DNA of 64,000 bases from Cetorhinus maximus (taxonomy: Eukaryota). Where the stretch lies: positions 10,974,001 through 11,038,000 of the forward strand of contig NC_135903.1 in NCBI RefSeq assembly GCF_964194155.1, written 5' to 3'. Positions within the stretch are counted from its first letter, which is position 1, and every line of letters begins with the position of its first letter. The position numbers were made by a program, and so were the translations under genes. Of this stretch, positions 51,442 to 61,236 are shown one piece after another. Under the pieces are notes generated by a model. The model was not told the DNA's origin. It worked only from the letters and a program-made list of their open reading frames with translations, and ran no database searches.

Positions 51442-53521
51442 AAGCGTCTAACAAATATTAAAATGTACTCGGACGCACGGCACGCCTTGGTGTTTAACAA
51501 AGACTGTCAGTGTATGAGATTAATACGAAAACTGAGGGAGAAAACAAAATGTTCACCAGGCCGGTTCTCGGCCATTTCTTAAAAAGCTGCTAGGCATTTC
51601 GAATGGGGAAAAAAAGAGGGCTGCTGGAAAGCTTTGCTCTAACTAGATGTTATCAGTGCAAGAACAGACAAAGGAGAACGAATATGTTTATGTTGAAGTT
51701 GGTATTTTCGGCCTCTCGGCTTGATTTTTTTTTTGCAAAGCCCAAACCGACGCGTTCTGTAATGTATAATTTGAGAATGTAGAGGAAGAAACACCAAAGT
51801 GTTTTTGTGTGTGTGTGAGGTTATGAATGTGATTTAACGCAATCAGAAAACTATGCTGGATGTAGGAGTAACTTGGTGACATGTTTAGCCTTGAACTAAC
51901 CCCAATAGATGGAGGGGCTGGGGACGATGTCAAGATAAGTGTGTGTATGAGTATGCTTAAGACAGAATTCCACAAAATAACTTTGCAAAAACGATCAGAG
52001 TATGTGATTTAAATACCAGTAATGCAAAACTAACCGCAATATTAAATGCCACCGTGTTTCTAACTATGTAAAAAAAATGCTGACATTTACGTTAAATCAG
52101 CTAGGTTATCAATGCTTAGTATGTTGGTAGTATTTGCATGTTCACTTGTTTAAATCATTATCATTGGCTGTAGCGAGTCCTTTGCTACAGTAAGGTTGAG
52201 GCCTGCGTTTCACTTCCCCTATGGCAAGCTACAAACAGGAGGGGGAAAAGGCCTCCCCCATCCCGCTGATGTTTGCATCCTCTGTTAGGATAGCAATCTA
52301 TAGCGAGGTTCTTTTGAAATGCAGAACAGATAGGGGACAGTAAATATATTCATCTTCCAAACTTCCGAAATGTCGACATTTTTATTACGGCGAGTTAAAC
52401 AAAGCACTTGGATTATCTTTTATGAAAAGACACCTTTGAAAAGGCTCTATGTTTCCTTTTTAACTACGGTGATAGTGAAAAGATGTTTAAAAGGCACAAC
52501 TGTAAAGGCCAAGGATATTGGATAAGAGTAATATTACATAAAATTCCGCTTCTGTTTTTTGGAAGGTTTGAATGACAGTGATCAACATGATCGTAAAGTT
52601 AGACCTATAAACAGGGCTTTTTTTTAAAGGCCATAAAATCTTTTTACATGCGTAGGGTGTACTGAGAGAAGTCTCTGCATCATTTTCATGTTTTATTACT
52701 ACCGGAAATAAAGTTCTTTGAAACAGTTTTCATGTTTCAAACAACATTGGTCCCTATTCATAGAAGAGTTTTATGTTAAAACAATTTGGTATTTCTGTTT
52801 CTCCGTCGTAAATGAATTTAGATTGACAAAGTTTTTAAATTATAATTTTGTGGGCAATTTATGCCATCCGTTCTATTTAAGAAAAAAAAAGGCGTAACCC
52901 TGAAGGAAATTACTAAGGTCGTTTTAGTTGGTCTTTTTAACCCCACTACTTGGACCGCATGCTACATAAAGATAAATCACCCAGGTACATCACAGTAACA
53001 CTCTTTATTTTGTATGAATTTATCAGAGTGGAGGATGCCATGATTTTCGCAATGTCTGCTGTAAGATTTATGTAACCATTGCGTGGAGGCTCCTCCACTG
53101 CTCTTGAATAAATTAAATATAAAGAAAATGTATTTGTCTCTGTTGCAGCTGGAAACAAACTTTTGGGAAAGTATCACATGTGATTTGTCCTCCTATCTAG
53201 CTGTTTTGTATGAACGCATGGGTGTTTGCTTGTGCGATGATTCGAAGTTGGCCCTGAAAGTGGATTGTTTGGATTCTTCCAGAATAATTGTTCAGAATTT
53301 ACTGACATTGCTTTCGTTGCATTTGCCTCACATTTCAATGTATAAAGAAGGTCCATAAACTGCACTACAAATCACTGAAAGAAACCGGAGAAAGGGATCC
53401 TCACTCAAGTTGTGCAGATACATATAAAACACACACATGTATGTACTCTTGGTTCAATGATGCGTGCACATTTACATTGGATGCTCTTGAACGTCTCTGG
53501 GCTACAAAAATGCTGAAAATA

Positions 53522-53612
53522 TGTCTGTCCTCTATATATACCCTGTAGATCCGAATTTGTGTTGACAAAGTTGTGGTCACAAATTCGTATCTAGGGGAGT
53601 ATGTAGTCGACA
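53522..53612 (+). ncRNA. MIR10A: pre-mir-10a; mature 5p 53539-53561, star ~53580-53601
   Basis: Exact TACCCTGTAGATCCGAATTTGTG and complementary arm CAAATTCGTATCTAGGGGAGTA. Located upstream of Hox4. Confidence 0.98.
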
Positions 53613-54867
53613 CAAACGCTACAACATTCACCCGGAAGACAGAAGAATATGTTCACGCCTAGAATCTTCTTCGTACAAATCGATAGTATAACCAAATAAA
53701 TAAAACCGAAACATAGTATTCATCTACCTGATTCTGCGGGTCAGACTGCTGCCTGGAATGACGTGCTGCCCTTTTTCCCCCCTTTTCAGTCTTGTTGCTA
53801 CAACTCTCAGCACTCTCTGGTGCTGTATTTGTTACGTCATTTAAATATGGAATGTTACAGTTACCTTTTTCGATAATCCCGCGCATAGCTCCGTTAAAAT
53901 GGCCAGCTTTAAAGGGTTTGTTATGACTTAGAAATTAATCAATTCGAAACCCCCACGCCTGTCGTTTGCTGCCCATGGAATCACAGTCTACCATGCATTA
54001 AAAGTATATGAACGTCTTCAATTATTTAACCCCAGTTAATTGTGGGGTTTTCCACAATTTTATATGTATCATTTTAAATAAAACTTTACAGCTATTTGTG
54101 TCATATTTGCTGGAGAATTCAAACATGACGACTTCAAAAATAAATGGATTTTGTAGCTCTATTGCATAGTGCACCTTTATAATTAAAGTCAACGAAAGCT
54201 ATTCAATGTGGCAAGAGGCAAACCTGTATTAACATTCCTCCCACACTTTGGGATCATGCTTTTAATCGAACATGAGCAACTTCGTTTAGACTTGCGTGTG
54301 AATGCTACTTGTGAAATATTTCTCTCTTTTTTAATTGTGCGTATTCTGGGCATGTTTCGAGGGGAATCGTTTCACCAAGAGATATTCTGGGTGAAAATCG
54401 CCAGTGTAATGCATTGCTAAATGCAATTTGTTGACTTAGGTGTCCTGAATTAGTTGATGAATTTTCTATTGATCCAAAGCAGCCCGATTTATCTTTGCCA
54501 GCTAAAACGCCTTCCTCCTCCCCAAGCTCTGCAAAGGCGTTAGCATTGCGATTACAGAAAGATTTACAAGCCCCGGATAGATTCTAACATATCAGATCGT
54601 ATTTTATGTTTTTTGAAAAGCTGACTCATTTTTTTGGAGTGATATCGACTAGCAAGAAACCATTGATGCATATAACAAAAACTTTTGGACGACGTTAACT
54701 CTGTTTAACGGGCTTGAAACAAAAAGGTCCTATTTGCAGACTTGCCAAGTTTTAGGAATTAAAAAAAAGGCACATTAAATGCTGTAATCAAAAATTGTTT
54801 AGGGGAGAAGCTTGGGAGCATTCAGCGTCCAATTCTATTTCCTTATCCGGGAATCGAACGGGACCTA

Positions 54868-54935
54868 CCATTGGCTGGCGGTGTCACATGAACGCCTAAC
54901 TTTGTTCACTTGACAGTAAAGTAGGAGGGTTTAGG
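54868..54935 (+). promoter_or_regulatory. HoxB4 proximal promoter block
   Basis: CCATTGG (NF-Y), GTCACATG (E-box) and CTAACTTTGTTCACTTGACAGTAAAGTAGGAGGG (TALE TGACAG), typical of Hox4 promoters. Confidence 0.75.
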
Positions 54936-55000
54936 TAACAGGAAAAACGGCTGGGTTAGAAAAAATTTTGAGTTATTTTGCATTTCAGATATTAAAGGTC

Positions 55001-55406
55001 ATGAGTTCGTTTTTGATTAATTCTAACTATGTGGACCCTAAATTTCCACCGTGTGAAGAGTATTCACAGAACAATTACCTACCAAGCCATTCTCCGGAAT
55101 ACTTTACCCGGGCACGGGAGCCCGGGTTCCAGCATGAGGCGATGTACCCGCGGTCAGCGTACAGCGAGCAGCCCTACTCCTCTTGCAGCAACCTCCAGGG
55201 CTCGGGCGAGCAAGTCGTGGCGCCTAGGGGTCACGTACAATCGCAGACCGGCCTGCAGAACCACTTAGCCAAGCATGGCCACCAGTGTGTCTCGGTGACT
55301 CCAAGCCCACCGCCCTCCTGCAGCCAGAACTTCAGCAACCAAAACACTCCATGTTCCAAAGAGCCTGTGGTTTATCCGTGGATGAAGAAATTACATATAA
55401 ACGCCG
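55001..55406 (+). CDS. HOXB4: HoxB4 exon 1
   Basis: MSSFLINSNYVDPKFPPCEEYSQNNYLPSHSPEY...KEPVVYPWMKKLHIN. Donor GCCG|GTGAGT. Confidence 0.96.
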
Positions 55407-55477
55407 GTGAGTCGTTTGCCTGGGCTTTTTACCACCTGAAAGCCGGGATCTATTGCACCCACTGTAAATAGCCATTC

Positions 55478-55545
55478 TTTAGATTTACGATCGCCTATCT
55501 GGAGGTCAGTAATCACATCCTCCATAAATTTTTATTGCAGTACAA
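55478..55545 (+). promoter_or_regulatory. HB-1 / conserved Hox4 intronic enhancer
   Basis: GATTTACGATCG...GTAATCACATCCTCCATAAATTTTTATTGC. Confidence 0.75.
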
Positions 55546-55737
55546 TTACACTTCTGGCCATGTGCCTTTGATGTGTTGTGTCCTAGCCGCTCAGATCTCT
55601 TTGAGCAGCAGTTAATGATAGAAGTGAACTTTTTACATTTTTCTTACGCTAATGCTTACTTTAAGTGCACTAGTTCTATTCCTTGTGAGATTCGTGGTGT
55701 TCAGTCAGTTATTTCTGTGTTGTTGCTTTTTGTTCAG

Positions 55738-56057
55738 TGAACCCTAATTACAAAGGAGGGGAACCCAAACGCTCCCGCACTGCTTACACGAGGCAGCAAG
55801 TTCTAGAGCTGGAGAAGGAGTTCCATTTTAATCGGTACCTAACCCGGAGACGCAGAGTGGAAATAGCCCATTCTCTTTGCCTGTCAGAACGACAGATTAA
55901 AATATGGTTCCAGAACAGGCGAATGAAATGGAAAAAGGACCACAAGTTGCCAAATACCAAAATCAGATCTACTACAGGCTCCTCATCCTCTGCAAGTCAT
56001 CAATCGCAAGGAAGCTCTCAGAACCAGGAGCCAAGTGGACCATCAGCCACATTATAG
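55738..56057 (+). CDS. HOXB4: HoxB4 exon 2 (homeodomain); spliced protein 241 aa
   Basis: Acceptor tgttcag|. Encodes [29 protein letters not shown]...[41 protein letters not shown]; RRVEIAH and PNTKIRS are B4-type. Confidence 0.96.
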
Positions 56058-58384
56058 CTGCTCTTGTGGGAGAGAAATTGGTAGACGCGCGCATAAGCAT
56101 AGGATTTTAACTGAAAGACTGTTTATTTATAATGGCAAACTCTAAACTGTAAATACTCCGATTTTGCCCACTCCTCTCACCCCTCCCCCATAAGTAATAT
56201 TGTAAATTGCAGTTTTCAGAAGAGATTGGCAAAGATGAATCCTCGTTTCATCTTTAATCACGCCAAAGTCTCCCCATTTGTCATGTTTACTTGGTGGTAC
56301 AAAGGATGAACTCTATGCCTACGATTACCTCGACAGCAAACGAACACTTTAATAAATGAGGCTCCGTTTCGTCAACCTGGGATGACAAACTGTCTTTTAT
56401 TCACACAAAAACAAACCCACAACAAGAATGTTGAATCAGTTCGGCAAGATGGCCCTTGTGGTTTTAAGCTCGGAGTCATTTTCCAATGGGGTTTACAAAA
56501 AGAAACACTTTGGGTATTTTCTTTGGAATATTACACTGACATGTACTCCATTTCCTCAGACGTTTTGATCCCAAATATGTTACTTTCGGTGCCAATAAAA
56601 ATGTATGTAGTTGGACTTTGAAAACAAACGTGTAAAAATCATATGTAGGAATAAATTATGTCAACAAAGTTATTTAAAGTGGTTATGAAAATGTTGCATG
56701 TGACTTGTACAGCCACGATACAATACTTGCTTCTGGCCTTAGTATTAGGAGATTGTATAATAGCCGAAAGAAGTGGAAGGTTAGGTAGATGAACTGTTTT
56801 CATTTCCTTATCACTCTTTATGACATTCCAAACTATGAAGTTTAGCAGCTACTTCGTTCGGGCCCACAGGAGTTTGTATTTTCGTTAGCAGTCTATGTCC
56901 TTGCATTGTTCTGTATGTATTGACTCTCATCCAGACCAAAATACGTGTAAATAGTAATAACCGAAATAAATTTTTTTCAAGGTGTATCTTTTCCTTTGTT
57001 TATTTATACCTACTCTGCCGATCAAACTCTCGAAGCAATATGATCTGGTAACATGACTGCAGATTTTTCTAAACTCATCCATCCATCTGTGTGAGTTGGC
57101 CAGAGTGATAACAAAGGACATTGGCTTGGTGGAAAAAAATGCCAAAAGGGGTACACCTCAAAACAAATGTAATGCTTATTCTATATTGTTAGAGGCTTTT
57201 ACACCTGTTTGTGAATATAGATGTATTGCACAATAATACATAGGAGTAATAAGTTTGGAAAACACTCTTTTGTGAAGACTTATTAATTCACTATAGTTAT
57301 CTGTTATTCCTTGATTGTTTAGGATCGTTACTATATCCCTTTTTTCTTGCACAATCCTTAATCTTGTAAAGTTAAATCCTTTTCTATCATTTATACCATA
57401 CCTCTTAGCATTTTTTTTCTTTGTGCATGTGTGTTTGGGTATTGGAAAGGGATTGGAGGGTGTAATGGTTCAAGCTTTGACAAGCAAATAGATAATCAAG
57501 AAGACAAATGACCTCTTTTGTCAGATGAAGCTCCGTATTAATTTTAATTTTCTTTCGTATAACACATTGCATATGCAATCTAGAATCTGAAAATGCAGCA
57601 AATTTCGAAAGAAAAGCTAACCGGAGTCCATATCAATGCACAGCGCAATATTCTACACAATGTTGGGAGAAATGTTCACTGGTTCAAGAGTTTAGTTCAC
57701 TGATGCACGTGTTTTGCCTTAGCCCTGTAATTTAACAAATAATGTTACCAAACTGCAGTTATAATGAACGATATGGTAATCCCACCCTACCCCATTCCCA
57801 CCCTTCAAAATTATTCATTTCAAATGCAACCTGCAAAACATCATTGATCTGAACACGATACAATGTGCCCTTTTTTGATGGTTGTTTGTTGTGTGTTTTG
57901 CAGCATGATGAGATTTCACATATTCAATTGCTACAAAAGAAACAGGAATAAAGTTTGATTTTCTGAAATCACGTTTTGCCTTTGGAGACAACAGAAAGAT
58001 TTACAATCTGTCGCTTATATGAGAAAATCCTGTCTAACCAATGTATACGTGTTTTGTGTTCCCCCTCCCCCCACCCACCCCCCACCCCCCCTCCCGCCCC
58101 GGAGGTCCCACGAAACTGAGACGATGTGAAATGCAGCCTTTCCAAATGTAACATTTTCGTTAAGGTATATAATTCTGAAGTGTTTTGAGGAGTAATTACT
58201 TTAGTTAATAATATAAGAATTATTCATTGAATCTCGGCAATCGCTGCTCAATTTTCTCTATTCATAGACACAGATAACAGGCCAGCCAGCCCTACACCCT
58301 CTGCCAGACTGTTGCCAAAGGCTCTGAATGCATGCTATACAACTAAAGTTCACAGGCATTATTTGTACGCAGAGAGGTTCTGAA

Positions 58385-58440
58385 AATGTGAGAATTAACT
58401 TGAAATCATTAATCACTGCTTTCTTTAAATACTTCTCCCA
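58385..58440 (+). promoter_or_regulatory. CR3 / late neural Hox-autoregulatory enhancer shared by HoxB4 and HoxB3
   Basis: GAGAATTAACTTGAAATCATTAATCACTGCTTTCTTTAAATAC resembles recalled mouse CR3 (HS1/HS2 TAAT sites) 3' of Hoxb4. Confidence 0.7.
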
Positions 58441-58862
58441 TTGTTACTCAACAGCAAATCTGGATGGCTCTTCCCCGGGAAAAGTGGTGCGCGACCTGGA
58501 GGGTTCTTTAAAAATATGGGCAGAGCGTGGAATTTCTCAGTCAGATCGGAAGATTCCCTCTCAACCATGATTAAAAATCGTAAAAATGCTCAGGGTTCGA
58601 AAAAGGAAAATGCTGAAAGGAAAGGTAATAGCAAACAAAGTCAATTAATTTCCTCACTTTAAAATCGCTTTGTTGTTCTTTTGGCAATTAAATGTCAACG
58701 CATACTCGCTGTGCGCAACTTGAAACATACAAATATTGCATTGGCTGTAGAATCTGCTTCTAGTTAGCGTTTTGTTGCTTATCTTTTTATTGTGTTTTTA
58801 AACATATATGAATCTTACGGAATAAAAGCAGCGTGATGGTTGGTCAGCGGGACGGCCGAAAG

Positions 58863-58879
58863 GGTTCACGGAAAGGACA
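58863..58879 (+). promoter_or_regulatory. DR5 RARE 3' of HoxB4 (early neural enhancer type)
   Basis: GGTTCA cggaa AGGACA, about 2.8 kb downstream of the HoxB4 stop. Confidence 0.82.
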
Positions 58880-61029
58880 ACTTTTCTATCCGATTAGCTG
58901 TTTTTATTCTAGCAGTCTGACCTCTGAAACCCTTGACCTTTAAGACATGACTCTGTTCTATCTGAACATTCTCAATACTAAAGGATAAAAAAATCTAGGG
59001 TTACCCTTCGTTCATTCGACTTAAATTCGGTGCTGCGTCTCTGCAGAGTGTCCGTTCTGTTAGACTTGCCTGTGTGCAATTATTTCCAACTTCCATTAGA
59101 AAAGATGGACGATCTTGAATGTTTGTTTTGAAACCTCTTTTCATTTTTAATATTCAGTGACAGCTAAGAGTAGGTTGTGGAATGAATTTTAGATGCATAT
59201 GTGTGTATGTGTGTGCGTGTTGCAATCACATTTAAAGATGGTCTCTAAAACATCCAACCATTGAGAAGAAATGGACCATTGTTTTGCTCTCAGCCTGTCT
59301 TCTCTCTGCAGAAGATTTAATATATTGACATGCCCTGAAATTTTATTTCAACATGTTTGTGTATTCATGACAAGAATAGGATTTTAGGCTGACTTTTTTT
59401 TATCTTTATATTCGGTTTCCTTGCGGACAATGAGCATCAGGCAAGAGGGAGAGGCAGAGACGGATAGAGAGAGACATTCCGTGGGCACAACGTGTTGGGC
59501 TTTTCAAACCAGTTTATTCTTATCAAAGCCCCGCTACAGAAGTGAACGCCCTAATCCAAACCTTATTGTTACTCAGTGCCCCCCTTCACTAAGAGTAGAA
59601 AATAGATATCACCTTTTCACGATTTAAGAAGCAACTACCGTGGAATACAAATTCTATTAAGAGGGCGTGAAACTGAAGCCCAGTTTCCGCACCTTTTCTG
59701 AATTCTTTTAACTCCAATTTATTAATGTGACGTTTGTGCTTTTTTTCTAGGCAATAAACACGTAAATGCAATAATTTAGCATGCAGTTTAGAAAAAGTTT
59801 CAAATGTATGTTGAAAGCAAGTAAACGAAAAGGATGGCTTTGTTAGTTAAGAAGTCCCCGCCCCGTAACTCTTTCCTTTTCGAATTATTTACAAGGCTTT
59901 TATAACTAAATATGCTTTATTTTCTTTTTAAGCCTCTGGAATTTTCTAACATCATTTTAGAATGCAATAAATATGACGGATGGGATTTATAAGGACAGCA
60001 TTAAATTATGTCATTATAATTTTCTGAAAACTGTGGGGATTCTGACGAGAACAAAGGCCGAGTCCCAGGTAATATTTTGGGCCACTTAAGACGGATTTTT
60101 TAAACTTGTAACGAAACAACCCCTAGTGCTATTGTAAATACACCTACCGCAATTTATATTGCTGGTCTGCACATTAGGAATTACCCGCAGAGAGAATATT
60201 GAAACAAGACCAAGTTAGACAGCACTGTGTCAAATTGGTTTCTCGGAGAATGATTCTCACTAAGATTATTGCTTTTTCCAAAGCATTGCTGCTGCCAGAA
60301 AAAATAGCGAGGATCTCCCACCCCTATGCTCACCTTCTTGCCAATAACTGAGATTCAGTGTCCCCTAGCATAGATTTGCTAGAATCGTTATAATGTCACA
60401 AATGCAAAACACATCGGAATGGATTTTTTTTAAAAATATGTTATTCTTCTAACTACTCGAATTTTTTAGGGAGGTATTTATGTTGCTGGTAGCGACTGGT
60501 TGCCAGGTTGTAACAGAAGGAATAAAAGTGTCCTTGTGTAAGTGAAAAGGGATCTTTCTTGTAAAAGATATATTGGTTCCACAGTAGTACAAAGAGAACT
60601 GTGCGACAGAAAGGAAGGATATGAAGGGTAAAACGGAGAGTGTAAAACTTGGAAAGACAATGCATGGGAGAAGCAAACTGGTGGTGGAATGAAACAGGCA
60701 GTTCCTCGGTCTAATATATATGATGAATAGAATACCATCGGCGCCATAAAAGATGGTCATGGTTGTGAGTCTGAAGAAGCGTCTCAGGGTGCAAAAAACG
60801 AGACTTAGAAACCTCTGAATCCATTGATACAGTCACACTTCCATTTAGTTCTCGCCTTACAGAATCTCTGCAAGAGCCTCTGAATCCCGCTTTTTAACAA
60901 GAATCATTAGCAATGTATTGATACGTTTTTGAGAACAAAATCATGGGGAATAAGGAGAGATATGAAATATTTTCCGCTCTCCCAGTGGAAGGTGACACTT
61001 CTCCTTGGAGTATGAATTTGAAATCCCCC

Positions 61030-61236
61030 CTTCCCCCTCGATCACGTGACTCATTAAATAATTAATGCAGCTGTTGCAGAATAGATATGTATTCGTCGGT
61101 AAATCGCCGACATGGTCTCCCTATGTCTGACGTGAAAATCTACTGTCCTTTTAAAAACAAGCCTTTAACTTGAGAGAGAGGCTGGAATAAAACAATTTGG
61201 GAAGAGAGACACACCGTGGGTTGGATTATTGTAAGT
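61030..61236 (+). promoter_or_regulatory. Putative HoxB3 upstream promoter and non-coding exon
   Basis: GATCACGTGACTCATTAAATAATTAATGCAG (E-box, AP-1 and TAAT sites), followed by donor GTAAGT at 61231. Confidence 0.5.

Noticed and set aside
60766-60807. Second hammerhead-like arrangement (UGAGU-CUGAAGA-stem-...-ACUUA)
   Set aside because: The essential GAAA is AAAA and there is no UH cleavage site; probably chance.
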